Source: a virus (taxonomy: Duplodnaviria > Caudoviricetes). Taken from it: DNA of 60,169 nt. A program made the position numbers and the translations under genes. How positions within the stretch are numbered: the first letter of the stretch is position 1; each line of letters starts with the position of its first letter. Under the pieces are notes generated by a model. That model ran no database searches and was not told where the DNA came from. It saw only the letters and a program-made list of their open reading frames with translations. The DNA lies in IMG/VR virus record IMGVR_UViG_3300028572_000013, positions 1-60,169 of that record. One strand, 5' to 3'. Positions 45,260 through 55,995 of this stretch are shown in pieces.

Positions 45260-46447
45260 ATGGCAACTACCACCATTTCAAGTAACATGCTTTTACCGAT
45301 TCCTGTGGTGGGTGTTGACAGCGGTCCGGATTACGCAACGCAAGTCAACAACTCATTAAATATCATAGATTCTCACAATCACAGTTTAAATAGTGGGGTT
45401 CAAATTACACCCAGCGGATTGAATATTAATCGTGATTTAAGTATTCAAGGACATAACTTAACAAGCTCCAATTCACTTAATTTTGTAAATCTAACTGCCA
45501 CACCAACACTTGCGGTTGGTAGTTTGTATGAGTTAAATAATAACCTTTACTGGTATAGCGGTGGGGCGTTAACGGTCCAAATGACTAACGGAGGATCTTT
45601 AAATGTTACTTCTTCCGGAATCTCTAGCGGAACAGCAACGGCTTCATTTGTTGGCGGTGTATTAGTTGTTAATGAAGCCTCCAATACGCCGGCAAATATC
45701 CAAGCCGGTTCTGTGTTATTCGGAAATAATATATCTGGATCTAATTTTGTAACTCTTGAACCCCAAAGTTCATTAGCTTCCAGTTACACTCTTACTTTGC
45801 CCCCATTTAATAGTTCGGGAAATACCCAAGTAATGGTATTAGATACCTCTGGTAATATGGGTAGTATTAGTTACGATACAGTGGGTCAAGATATGACTGC
45901 TGTTGGCGCTAATGCTATAGGTCAGACAATGACTGCTACGGGTGCCAATGCCATTGCCGTGAGCAGAACCCGAACTATAAATTCAAATGTACCCGGGGGG
46001 ATCGGCGTAGTAAATGTTAATGCTTCTACTGCAAGTACCTCCCCCGTTAATTTAGCTACCCTTCAGATAGTTACAAGCGGACGACCTGTTTCCATCAGCT
46101 TACAGTCACAATTTTCTGCGCTAACTGCTGGATTTATGGGCGTATCTGGAACCGTAAACGGTACAGGAGCTCCACAATCATGGGCCATGAGCGCTTTTTA
46201 TCTAATAACAAGGGCCGGTTTCGGAAATGTCGCGTTCGGACAGGTATCATTCTCTGAAGTTGCGTTTTCTACATACGATAATAATTATACTTACACTGTT
46301 CCTATTAACTTATCTGCCATTGATTACGGTGTTCAATCCGCCCCAGGAACTTATGATTACACCTTATATATGTACGTATCTTCGTCTAATATAAATTTCG
46401 CTACCGCATACTTAGAGAATGCGCAACTTATTGTATACGAATTGTAG
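45260..46447 (+). CDS. Putative tail fibre/spike protein
   Basis: NNSLNIIDSHNH N-terminal anchor; S/T/N-rich. Confidence 0.55.
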   Translation: MATTTISSNMLLPIPVVGVDSGPDYATQVNNSLNIIDSHNHSLNSGVQITPSGLNINRDLSIQGHNLTSSNSLNFVNLTATPTLAVGSLYELNNNLYWYSGGALTVQMTNGGSLNVTSSGISSGTATASFVGGVLVVNEASNTPANIQAGSVLFGNNISGSNFVTLEPQSSLASSYTLTLPPFNSSGNTQVMVLDTSGNMGSISYDTVGQDMTAVGANAIGQTMTATGANAIAVSRTRTINSNVPGGIGVVNVNASTASTSPVNLATLQIVTSGRPVSISLQSQFSALTAGFMGVSGTVNGTGAPQSWAMSAFYLITRAGFGNVAFGQVSFSEVAFSTYDNNYTYTVPINLSAIDYGVQSAPGTYDYTLYMYVSSSNINFATAYLENAQLIVYEL

Positions 46448-46452
46448 GATTC

Positions 46453-49400
46453 ATGTTGAATAAACAAGCCATCGACATTAGTTTTGCTCAAGGGCTAGAT
46501 ACCAAGACTGATCCATTTAGGGTTCAACCTGGCAAATTCTTGTCATTGCAAAATTCTGTATTCGACAAAGGCGGTCAGCTAAAGAAACGTAATGGTTTTG
46601 GTGCATTAACCCCACTCCCTGCGCAAACACCTGCTTATTTGACTACATTTAATGGAGATTTAACCGCTTTAGGTACAACGTTAGAATCATATTCAACAGG
46701 AAGTTCTAGCTGGGTTAATAAAGGCTCGATCCTGCCATGTGATTTAACGACATTACCTGCAGTCCGAAATGGGACATATCAAGGGCAAGCAGATTCCGTA
46801 ACAGCTACAAATGGCATAGCTTGTGTAGCCTATACAGATTATATACCATCTGGGGGTTCTGTCACTCCAGCCTATAAATATGTAATTTTAGATGCTACAA
46901 CGGGTCAAAACATTGTAGCCCCTACTTTATTACCGAATGCCGATCCAACATATGGGACCCCCCGTGTATTCTTAATGGGTCCGTATTTTATTATATTATA
47001 TACAACCCTCGTTGGCGGTGTGCATCACTTATCATATATTGCTATTAGTACACAAACTCCTACTTATGTGAGCGCTGTTACAGATATCTCCAATGGTTAT
47101 TCCCCGTCTACTACGGTTGCTTTTGACGGTATAGTCGCTAACAGCAATCTTTATATAGCTTATAATAACCTTTCTGGGGGGCAATCGGTTAAAGTTACAT
47201 ATTTGTCCCAATCTCTCGCATTGGGACCAACCGTTACGTTTTCGGGACAGATTGGGACAATATTTAGTTTAGCAGTAGATGAAACTAATCCCACTAATCC
47301 ACTAATCTATGTATCGTACTATAACTTAGGCACAACAACAGGCTATACATTTGCAGTTTATAGTACATTAGCACAAGCTTTGGCGCCAACAGCAACAATC
47401 GCTAGTGGTACTATACTAAACTTAACATCTGTCGCACAAGGTGGGGGCGCAAATAGTGTCTGTACCTTATTCTACGAAGTAGCCAATAATTACTCATATG
47501 ATAGTGCAATACCAACCCATTATATTGATACTAACACATTAACGATAACAGGGACGTTAGGAACTCCAAACGTGTTAAAACGTTCTGTAGGATTAGCTTC
47601 TAAAGCATTTCTATATAACTCTGAACCATATGTTTTATCTATATACGAATCGCCGTATCAACCCACCTACTTTCTCTTAAATGCAAGCGGCATAATTATC
47701 AGTAAATTAGCGTATTCTAATGGTGGCAATTATTACACATTAGGCTTACCCAGCACTAGTGTAAATAATGACACAAATGAAATAACAATTTCATATTTAT
47801 ATAAAGATTCAATAACTGCATTAAATACCCAAGGTAATAGCATTCAAAGTGTAAGTGGTGGCATCTACGCTCAGTTAGGGATTAACCTAGTAACCTTCAA
47901 CTTTGCTCCACCAACACTCGTAACAGCGGAAATCGGTAATAATCTAAACTATACGGGTGGATACCTCTCTATGTATGATGGTGTTACCCCTGTCGAGCAA
48001 AGCTTCTTCTTATGGCCAGACAGTGTTGAAGCCGCGTGGAGTGCAACTGGGGGGGCTATGGGTCCTCAACCAGATAATACCACCAATACGAATGCCTATT
48101 ACTATCAAGTGACCTATGAATGGACTGATAATCAAGGTAACCTATTCCGAAGTGCACCATCAATCCCTGTCGGAGTAACAACCACAGGAACTGGTGAAAC
48201 AGGAACAGGATCTGTGATATTGAATATCCCTACATTAAGATTAACTTACAAAACTAATGTTTCTATAGTGATTTATCGTTGGTCGGCTAAATTTCAGAAT
48301 TATTATCAAACAACTTCTATTACTGCCCCCGTGTTAAATAATACTACAGTAGATTCAATAACTTATGTAGACACTTTGAACGATTCTTCAATTCAAGGTA
48401 ATAATCTGATATATACTACAGGCGGCGTTTTAGAAGACATTGCGCCCCCCGCAACGGACCTGATTACACTATTTAATAACAGAGTATGGTTATTAGATGC
48501 TGAAGATAGAAACTTATTGTGGTTTTCTAAGCAAGTCATTGAAGCTACACCTGTTGAGTTCTCAGACCTATTAACGTTGTATGTAGCTCCAACAACCGCA
48601 TCTGAAGGTTCCACGGGTCCCATTACAGCAATGGCACCTATGGACGATAAGCTTATTATCTTTAAACAGAATGCATTGGGCTACGTCAATGGTATAGGAC
48701 CAGATAATACTGGGGCTAATAGTCAATATTCAGATTTTACATTAATCAATTCAGTTGTTGGTTGTACAAATCAACAATCTATAGTTTTTATGCCACAAGG
48801 CCTGATGTTTCAATCAAACAAAGGTATATGGCTAGTTGGACGGGACCTAGCAACACAATACATCGGGGCTCCAGTTGAAAGCTTAACAACTGGAGCCACT
48901 GTATTATCCGCTGTAAACGTCCCGGCAACCAATCAGGTCCGGTTCACATTAGATAGCGGCATAACGTTGATTTATGATTATTTCTACTCTCAATGGGGTA
49001 CATTCACTAATCTATATGCGCAATCAAGTACTATTTATCAAGGATTACACACCTACGTAACATCATTAGGCCAATTATATCAAGAAACAAATGGTGTATA
49101 TCTTGACGGCTCAACACCAGTTACCATGAGTTTTACAACTGGATGGATTACCTTAGCTGGTGTACAAGGATACGAACGATTCTACCAACTGTACTTGTTA
49201 GGACAATATCTCTCTCCGTTTAACCTAAATGTCCAATTAGCGTATAACTATAATCCATCGCCAACTCAATCAACGATTGTGTCACCAAGTCAACAACCAG
49301 TAACGTGGGGTAGTGACCAACTCTGGGGCTCTGGATCTACTTGGGGAAGTCAAGGCGACGGTGGTTGGGAAGGCCAAGCAAACGTTTTTGAAGCTCGCGT

Positions 49401-49569
49401 ATTTCCGCAACAACAAAAATGTGAATCATTTCAAGTAACTGTAACTGAAGTTTACAATTCACAATATGGTAACTATCAAGGAGCTGGGTTAACCTTAACC
49501 GGTATGAATCTTATTGTTGGAACTAAACGCGGATTCAGGACGTCCAAAGCCAGCCGTAACTTCGGTTAA
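46453..49569 (+). CDS. Tail nozzle/tail tubular B-like protein
   Basis: 1038 aa; GLDTKTD..LQNSVFDKGGQLKKRNG; beta-propeller-like C-terminal half; synteny. Confidence 0.7.
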   Translation: MLNKQAIDISFAQGLDTKTDPFRVQPGKFLSLQNSVFDKGGQLKKRNGFGALTPLPAQTPAYLTTFNGDLTALGTTLESYSTGSSSWVNKGSILPCDLTTLPAVRNGTYQGQADSVTATNGIACVAYTDYIPSGGSVTPAYKYVILDATTGQNIVAPTLLPNADPTYGTPRVFLMGPYFIILYTTLVGGVHHLSYIAISTQTPTYVSAVTDISNGYSPSTTVAFDGIVANSNLYIAYNNLSGGQSVKVTYLSQSLALGPTVTFSGQIGTIFSLAVDETNPTNPLIYVSYYNLGTTTGYTFAVYSTLAQALAPTATIASGTILNLTSVAQGGGANSVCTLFYEVANNYSYDSAIPTHYIDTNTLTITGTLGTPNVLKRSVGLASKAFLYNSEPYVLSIYESPYQPTYFLLNASGIIISKLAYSNGGNYYTLGLPSTSVNNDTNEITISYLYKDSITALNTQGNSIQSVSGGIYAQLGINLVTFNFAPPTLVTAEIGNNLNYTGGYLSMYDGVTPVEQSFFLWPDSVEAAWSATGGAMGPQPDNTTNTNAYYYQVTYEWTDNQGNLFRSAPSIPVGVTTTGTGETGTGSVILNIPTLRLTYKTNVSIVIYRWSAKFQNYYQTTSITAPVLNNTTVDSITYVDTLNDSSIQGNNLIYTTGGVLEDIAPPATDLITLFNNRVWLLDAEDRNLLWFSKQVIEATPVEFSDLLTLYVAPTTASEGSTGPITAMAPMDDKLIIFKQNALGYVNGIGPDNTGANSQYSDFTLINSVVGCTNQQSIVFMPQGLMFQSNKGIWLVGRDLATQYIGAPVESLTTGATVLSAVNVPATNQVRFTLDSGITLIYDYFYSQWGTFTNLYAQSSTIYQGLHTYVTSLGQLYQETNGVYLDGSTPVTMSFTTGWITLAGVQGYERFYQLYLLGQYLSPFNLNVQLAYNYNPSPTQSTIVSPSQQPVTWGSDQLWGSGSTWGSQGDGGWEGQANVFEARVFPQQQKCESFQVTVTEVYNSQYGNYQGAGLTLTGMNLIVGTKRGFRTSKASRNFG

Positions 49570-49655
49570 TACCATAATATGGTATGGACTGTTATTAACG
49601 TTATACCATATCCAAACTTGACACAAATTCAAAATTGTGGTAACTTTGGGTTATT

Positions 49656-49793
49656 ATGACGGATGTAAATCTAAAATTTCAATTAGCTTTAACCTACCCT
49701 CAATGGATTAGGTATCTTGATGATGATGTTCAAGTCGAACGTTTATTAGATTATCTATTGGATGTACGTTCAGAAACACGTATGCTCTGTTAG
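49656..49793 (+). CDS. 45-aa small protein (not in track)
   Basis: Follows a TTGACA promoter; MTDVNLKFQLALTYPQW... Confidence 0.4.
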   Translation: MTDVNLKFQLALTYPQWIRYLDDDVQVERLLDYLLDVRSETRMLC

Positions 49794-49803
49794 AGGGGGT
49801 TAT

Positions 49804-50214
49804 ATGACAATGACAGTTACTAATACCAATAATTCTCAAGGACTCATACAACAACTACTTATAGCGCACGGAATGGACCCAAATTTAACAAATGACTTAC
49901 CGGTTGTAGGGAGAGTCGTAATCCAAGACGATATTGTCATTGCTGCAGGCTTTATGCGCGATATGGAAGGTCCTTATGCAATGCTCGACTCATACATCAC
50001 TAATCCAGAAGCTTCACCAATCCAAAGACACAAAGCATTAAACTTGATTACAGAATCCTTAATCAAGGTTTCAAAATCCCTTGGTAAAAATAAATTAATA
50101 ATGTTTAGTCAAGATCGCAATACTCACCAAAGAGCTTTAATGCATGGATTTACCAATTTCCCGAATATGTTCACAGCAATACTTGACTTAACAAAAAACA
50201 CCCCCAACATTTGA
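49804..50214 (+). CDS. GNAT-like protein between nozzle and ejection genes
   Basis: GAGGGGG RBS; VIAAGF..YITNPEA; typical podoviral position. Confidence 0.55.
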   Translation: MTMTVTNTNNSQGLIQQLLIAHGMDPNLTNDLPVVGRVVIQDDIVIAAGFMRDMEGPYAMLDSYITNPEASPIQRHKALNLITESLIKVSKSLGKNKLIMFSQDRNTHQRALMHGFTNFPNMFTAILDLTKNTPNI

Positions 50215-50311
50215 CAAGTTAATACACCGAAAAATTAACACCCCCAACAAGTTGACTCCCCCAACAAGTTGACAAGTTGACTCCCCCAACAAGTTGACAA
50301 GTTGACTCCCC
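50201..50311. repeat. Iteron-like direct repeat array
   Basis: CCCCCAACAwkTTGAC-type unit x4, including two perfect 25-bp tandem copies 50258-50307. Confidence 0.9.
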
Positions 50312-50475
50312 ATAGACAGGTTTTTAAGCACAAATCGGGCCAATCCGCGAATTTTGAGGGGTGAAATAGGCCCCTATTTGCGTTTCTATGGTGTATAAGT
50401 CTACAAATTGACTGTAATTACAACAGTTTACAATCCCACTGGTGTCAAGTCGGCAGGTTGGCGAGATTGTAGGGG

Positions 50476-50489
50476 GGTCATTCCGCTAA
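50476..50489 (+). promoter_or_regulatory. Putative late promoter GGTCATTCCGCTAA
   Basis: Upstream of ejection-protein cluster. Confidence 0.7.
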
Positions 50490-50557
50490 GAATAGAGGTA
50501 CATAAGTGCCTTTAGTCATTAGTTTACTGGTGTAAACTATGCATTCTAGGAGATCCT

Positions 50558-51655
50558 ATGCCCTTTTTAGCACCTTTAATACCGGCAATAGCTGGTGGGA
50601 TCGCATCAGCAGCAGCTGGAGCTGGTATAAATGCACTTTCAAAGGGGGCACAATCTAACCCCGCTGCTAATCAAGTCAACCTCGATAGCGCCAATTTGGC
50701 AGCTTCGCAGGGGGGGCAAGGGCAATTGGCATCACAGTTGCAGGCTGCCGGGGGGGTTGGGAATGAATCCTCCGTATATAATCAACAACAAGCGCTAGCC
50801 AATCAACTTGGTGCTATGGCACAAGGGCAAGGACCTACACCAGCGCTAAATCAACTTAATCAATCTACAGGCGCCAATGTTAATCAACAAGCTGCGTTAA
50901 TGGCAGGCCAACGAGGCGCTGGTGCTAATGCGGGCTTGATGGCTAGACAGGCAGCTCAACAAGGTGCTAATACTCAACAGCAGGCAGTTGGCCAAGCTGC
51001 AACATTGCAAGCTCAACAACAGTTAGGGTCTATTGGCGCATTACAGGCTCAACAAAGCAATATGGCATCGTTGGCTGGGACACAGGTAGGTCAGCAACAG
51101 AATGCGGTTAATAGCCAAGCACAGACAGCATTACAACAACAACAGCAGATGTTAAGCCAGCAACAAGCTATCAATTCGATACAAGCAGGACAAGGACAAC
51201 AACAAGCTGCACAGATAGGACAGATTGGCGGCGGTATTGCAAGTGGGATAGGATCCGCTGTTACTGGAGCTTTGGGCGGAACCGGGGGGGCTACTGTTCA
51301 ACCCGCATCCGCTAACTATATGAGTGGCGTTGGGACGTCGTATGCTGAAGGTGGGGAAATACCATCTCAAACAGGTTATGATGCTATAAAGAAAGAGAAT
51401 TACAAAGGTAAGTCTAAACTTGGTCAGTTGATGTATGCGTCAGGTGGCAAAGTTACAGATATGAAGGTCGGCGGTCATGTCCCCGGTAAAGCTAAGGTCG
51501 GGGGGGCTAAAGATAGCTACTCTAACGATACTGTACCTGCAATCTTAAGCCCTGGTGAAATAGTACTCCCAAGATCAGTTACTCAATCTGCAAACCCAGC
51601 AGAAGCGGCACATAAATTCGTCAAGGCTGTCAAAGCTAAGAAGAAAGGTAAGTAG
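50558..51655 (+). CDS. Internal virion/DNA ejection protein
   Basis: A/G/Q-rich; hydrophobic N-terminus; C-terminal GG.VPG..DTVPAILSPGEIVLP. Confidence 0.65.
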   Translation: MPFLAPLIPAIAGGIASAAAGAGINALSKGAQSNPAANQVNLDSANLAASQGGQGQLASQLQAAGGVGNESSVYNQQQALANQLGAMAQGQGPTPALNQLNQSTGANVNQQAALMAGQRGAGANAGLMARQAAQQGANTQQQAVGQAATLQAQQQLGSIGALQAQQSNMASLAGTQVGQQQNAVNSQAQTALQQQQQMLSQQQAINSIQAGQGQQQAAQIGQIGGGIASGIGSAVTGALGGTGGATVQPASANYMSGVGTSYAEGGEIPSQTGYDAIKKENYKGKSKLGQLMYASGGKVTDMKVGGHVPGKAKVGGAKDSYSNDTVPAILSPGEIVLPRSVTQSANPAEAAHKFVKAVKAKKKGK

Positions 51656-51658
51656 TAT

Positions 51659-53476
51659 ATGAAGATGAAAGTAGACCTTTCCAAGTTTAAGCTTAAGAGT
51701 CGAGATGAACATACGGCAACATTGACACACCCTGATGGACATGAAGTCAAGATTGCAATCAAAGCATTGCATCCGATGAATCGTCAGAACCTAGATAATT
51801 TAAAGATGGCAGATGGTGGTGAAATAAAGCAGTCTAATCCGAAGCTTGAGGAGTCTAAGAAAGTTCCAAGACCCATCATGCAGTCACCAGATCCCTCTAT
51901 GAAGCCAGCCGGCGGTGTTAGAGCTGCAAAGGGCGGTGAGTTAGAAGTTGAAGAGTTAGAGCATCCGGAACCCAAGCACCACATCGAATACGAACCATAT
52001 CAAGCTCCAATAGTTGAGAAGTTGGATAAGCCAGAACCTAAACAACATCTACAGTACGAGAAGATGGCAGAGGGTGGAGAAGCGGCGGGAGATTCCAATC
52101 CGTCAGATGACAAATCTATTGTTATCAACAACATGCCCCCCTCGCAGTCAGTCAGTCCTGAACAGCAACAACAGATGGGACTTGACCCACAACAGATTCA
52201 ACAAGCAAACGCACAAGCGCCAAGTATGACAGCACAATCTGGCACAGCAGCGCCAACTGGCACAGCAGCGCCAACTGACGGTATTGCAGCGCAACCACAG
52301 AGTCAACAACCCCAACAGCAACCTGGATCTTATGGAGCTGGTGTTAAGGAGTCAGAAGCGGGTATTCAAGGTCAGGCAGCGGCAGAGTCGGCAGGTGCAA
52401 AAGCGCAGGCACAAATCATGAAGGACCAAGCCGGAGCAGTGAATCAGTTGATGATTGACCACAAGGCTAAGGTTAACGAGATTGAGACCGAGAGACACGC
52501 TATGATGCAGGATTACCTCAATGGTCACATCGAACCCAATAGATTTATGGGTAAACAAGATACCATGGGTAAGCTGATGACCGGTGTCGGTCTTGCATTA
52601 GGCGGACTTGGCTCAGGGTTAACCGGTGGACCTAACCAAGCATTAGAGTTCTTAAACAGACAGATTGATAGAGATATTGACTCACAGAAGGCGGACCTCG
52701 GTAAACGCCAAACTCTACTCAGCATGAATCGAGATAGGCTAAAAGACGAGAATGCAGCGGTTGAGATGACAAGAATGCAGATGCAGGATCTCATGGCCGC
52801 CAAGATTGGTGAATCTACAAGTAAATCACAGTCGGCACTGGCCAAGTCTAGAGGTCAACAACTTCTAGGACAACTCCATATGCAAACTGCTCCTGTCGTC
52901 CAACAAATGGCAGTTCGGGATATGGTTGCCAACTCAACACCTGAGCAATTGTCGAAAATGGACCCCGCTTCTCTCATTCAAAGCATTGTTCCACCTGACA
53001 AGCAAAAGGAAGTTTCAAAAGAAATTGGAACTGCGCAGAACGCCAAGAAGAATAGTGATCAGATTCTACAGCATTTTGATGAAGCGATGAAAGAAAACAC
53101 GATCGGTGGTAGGATTGGTAGAGCGGGCTTTAACCCCCCCTCGATTCTGGCAATGAGATCCATGATGTTACCACTAATTCACGACTTAGAAGGTAGAGTT
53201 AATGAGTTTGAACAGAAAACAACATCGGACTTAGAACCTAAACCAGGTGATAAGGCGGCAACAGTTGCGGCGAAACGAAAAGCATTAACAGAATTCTTAG
53301 CTCAGAAGTCTGCTGCTCCATTAGCTAAAACCTATGGTATAGATCTTGAAAAATTTGGGTCTACCCAAGCTCCTGGTAGTTTAAATCAACAACAGAAAAA
53401 ATACGTTGAATGGGCAAAAGCCAACCCCAATGACAGTCGTGCTAAACTTGTATTGAAAAAATTGAACGTAGAATAG
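51659..53476 (+). CDS. Internal virion/DNA ejection protein
   Basis: xAxGG motifs; Gly-rich hydrophobic stretch; helical; synteny. Confidence 0.6.
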   Translation: MKMKVDLSKFKLKSRDEHTATLTHPDGHEVKIAIKALHPMNRQNLDNLKMADGGEIKQSNPKLEESKKVPRPIMQSPDPSMKPAGGVRAAKGGELEVEELEHPEPKHHIEYEPYQAPIVEKLDKPEPKQHLQYEKMAEGGEAAGDSNPSDDKSIVINNMPPSQSVSPEQQQQMGLDPQQIQQANAQAPSMTAQSGTAAPTGTAAPTDGIAAQPQSQQPQQQPGSYGAGVKESEAGIQGQAAAESAGAKAQAQIMKDQAGAVNQLMIDHKAKVNEIETERHAMMQDYLNGHIEPNRFMGKQDTMGKLMTGVGLALGGLGSGLTGGPNQALEFLNRQIDRDIDSQKADLGKRQTLLSMNRDRLKDENAAVEMTRMQMQDLMAAKIGESTSKSQSALAKSRGQQLLGQLHMQTAPVVQQMAVRDMVANSTPEQLSKMDPASLIQSIVPPDKQKEVSKEIGTAQNAKKNSDQILQHFDEAMKENTIGGRIGRAGFNPPSILAMRSMMLPLIHDLEGRVNEFEQKTTSDLEPKPGDKAATVAAKRKALTEFLAQKSAAPLAKTYGIDLEKFGSTQAPGSLNQQQKKYVEWAKANPNDSRAKLVLKKLNVE

Positions 53477-53484
53477 GAAATCAA

Positions 53485-55935
53485 ATGGCTACGAATGATG
53501 TACCCGAAGGTTTAGACGAGTTTATCGCCCGTCCTGACAGTGGCCCCTCAGTCGATCAATCAGCACAAACTGAACCTGTCGGCCTCAATGAATTCATTGC
53601 TCCGGAGATGCAGGAAGAGAAATATGGTTCTTTAGGAGAACAGGCCAAGACATTTGCAGAAGGCGCTGGAAAGGGCCTTGTAGGTCCTATAGCACCTATG
53701 TTAGAAGAATCCTTCGGCGTAAACCCAGAAGATATTCGTGGCAGAGCTGAAGCGAATCCTGCGACGGCTTTCGCTGGTGAAGCTACGGGTTTTATAGCTC
53801 CAGCTCTTGCAACTTTAGGCGAAAGTGCTGCAGCTAAAGCAGGGCTTACTGGTTTATCAGAAGCAATACCACAACTGGCTAAGTTTACGCAATTAGGAGC
53901 GGTTGAAAATATTGCTGCAAAGTTAGCACCCGTTGCAGGAGAAACCTTAGCGTCTAAGATTGGCGCCGCAGCTGCTAAAGGTGCTATTGAGAACATGTTA
54001 ATTACTGGAAGTGATGAAGTTTCCAGGATGGTATTAAAAGATCCTGAACAATCCGCTCAGAGTGCTGTTGCTGATTTAGGCATGGCTGCTGTATTAGGCG
54101 GTATGGTCGGCGGTGGTGCTAAGTCTGTCAGTAGTCTTTGGGATGCAACGCTAGGGAATAAAGCTTCACAGTTAGCGGCAGATTTCAAAGGTCGGATTAA
54201 TGAGCACATGTCGAACCCCGATCCCGTTACCTCCATGACACATGAATTAGAGGACCTGCACGCCGGTATTACAGGTGTTGCTGATGAAGTTTATGGTCCG
54301 AAAGGCTTAAAAGCTAAAGATATTGAATCGGCTGTTCCTACTATGCATCAGGGGATTAGTAGTCAAGTTAATGAAATTACTGATAAGGTTGATAACGTAT
54401 TACAGAAGTTAAGTAAAGATGAGCACGCCGGATTATTACAAGAACAAGCAGTTAAGTATAAACAAGCTGTCATGTCTGATGATCCGTCTAAGATCTTTAA
54501 TGCAACGCAAGAGTTAAAACAACAGCTTCAAGAATGGGGTAGATTTAATAAAGATATCGTACCTCTTAAGGAGCGTCCATTTCGTAATGCTGCTAAAGAA
54601 TTAGCCCATGATCTAAGAACTAGTTTAGAAGATACTAAAGTCTGGGGTAAAGCTGCGGAACGTCAAGTTGCCATTAATGGAGCCTTTAAAGACTACTTAC
54701 CTGCTCTTAAAGACTTTGAATCTACCTTTATGACTAAAGTCGGTGATGACAAAGTCATTAATCCTGGTAAGGTAAATACCTATCTGAATCAATTAGGAAA
54801 CCCCAGTGCCGAGATTAAACAATCTAAACTACAAAACTTTATAGATGCCTCTCAGAAGTATCATAAGGTCATTTCAGACACACATGCAAACTTAGGATTA
54901 GAATCTCCTATAATGAAAACTCCTCTAAACGTGACAATGTCAACTTTAGAGAAACAAACTATGGGCTCCCAACTCGCGGATTGGTTTATCCACCACGGGC
55001 TAACAGATGCGGGTAGTGCAACCCTAGGAGCTACTATCGGCGGTGGTTTGGCCCATTCCATCGGATTACCGCATTCTATCAGCGCAATTATAGGTGCTAA
55101 AGCTATTGGACCAGTCTTTAAGCCATTAATATCAGCATTAGCTAAGCCTTTGTTTGAAAGTGCTGCCACTGCCCGGGGTGTTAAAGCTGCTGTAGAACAT
55201 ACTACTTCGGCTATTAAAGGAGCAGAATTAGCATCTAAGGCTGTTAAGAACATATTCAAATTAGGTGTAGCAATACTTCCCGAGCATGCTAAACCATCTG
55301 ATAAAGAGATTGAGAAACTTAACAAACAATTAAGAAGCATTCAAGGTAATCCTGGACCTATCTTCGCACATGATGATCCTCTGCAAAACATAATGCCCGA
55401 TCACAATAATGCTAGAGGTATGATGATTGGCGGGGTGGTAAATTACCTCAATAGTTTAAGGCCTGATTTAGATAAGAAGGCACCATTAGACAGTAAACCG
55501 GTGCCTTCTACAACACAAAAAGCTACCTATAATGGTGCCTTACAGCTTGCCCAACAACCTTTATTAGTACTTGAAAAGGTAAAGAATGGAACTATTACGG
55601 CTCAAGATATTCAGCATGTTGGTACCATGTTTCCTCAATTATACAATGGCTTAAAGTCACAGATGATGGAAGAAATCTCTAATGCGTCCCATAAAGATAT
55701 AGTTATACCCTATAAAACTAGGGTTGGGATCTCTATGTTTATGGCATCGCCACTTGATTCTACTATGACCGCGCCTTCTATCATGGCTGCTCAAGCAAAA
55801 CCAATGCAGCAACAGATGCAAGCTCAACAGGCACCCTCAAAGGGAGTTAAGTCCGCGCCGGCATTACAGAAAATGCCGAAATCCTATCAAACAAGTGCTC
55901 AATCCTTAGAAGCTCGGCACCAAGGGGACAAATAA
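53485..55935 (+). CDS. Large internal virion/DNA ejection protein
   Basis: 816 aa; A/G-rich hydrophobic segments; third of the trio. Confidence 0.6.
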   Translation: MATNDVPEGLDEFIARPDSGPSVDQSAQTEPVGLNEFIAPEMQEEKYGSLGEQAKTFAEGAGKGLVGPIAPMLEESFGVNPEDIRGRAEANPATAFAGEATGFIAPALATLGESAAAKAGLTGLSEAIPQLAKFTQLGAVENIAAKLAPVAGETLASKIGAAAAKGAIENMLITGSDEVSRMVLKDPEQSAQSAVADLGMAAVLGGMVGGGAKSVSSLWDATLGNKASQLAADFKGRINEHMSNPDPVTSMTHELEDLHAGITGVADEVYGPKGLKAKDIESAVPTMHQGISSQVNEITDKVDNVLQKLSKDEHAGLLQEQAVKYKQAVMSDDPSKIFNATQELKQQLQEWGRFNKDIVPLKERPFRNAAKELAHDLRTSLEDTKVWGKAAERQVAINGAFKDYLPALKDFESTFMTKVGDDKVINPGKVNTYLNQLGNPSAEIKQSKLQNFIDASQKYHKVISDTHANLGLESPIMKTPLNVTMSTLEKQTMGSQLADWFIHHGLTDAGSATLGATIGGGLAHSIGLPHSISAIIGAKAIGPVFKPLISALAKPLFESAATARGVKAAVEHTTSAIKGAELASKAVKNIFKLGVAILPEHAKPSDKEIEKLNKQLRSIQGNPGPIFAHDDPLQNIMPDHNNARGMMIGGVVNYLNSLRPDLDKKAPLDSKPVPSTTQKATYNGALQLAQQPLLVLEKVKNGTITAQDIQHVGTMFPQLYNGLKSQMMEEISNASHKDIVIPYKTRVGISMFMASPLDSTMTAPSIMAAQAKPMQQQMQAQQAPSKGVKSAPALQKMPKSYQTSAQSLEARHQGDK

Positions 55936-55949
55936 GGTCATTCCGCTAA
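55936..55949 (+). promoter_or_regulatory. Putative late promoter GGTCATTCCGCTAA
   Basis: Upstream of fibre module. Confidence 0.7.
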
Positions 55950-55995
55950 GTATGAAGCCTAGACATTACATTGTCTTACCCACGAGGAGGGTTCA

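Noticed and set aside
50201-50311. Mini CRISPR array
   Set aside because: Repeats abut with no unique spacers, and no cas genes are present
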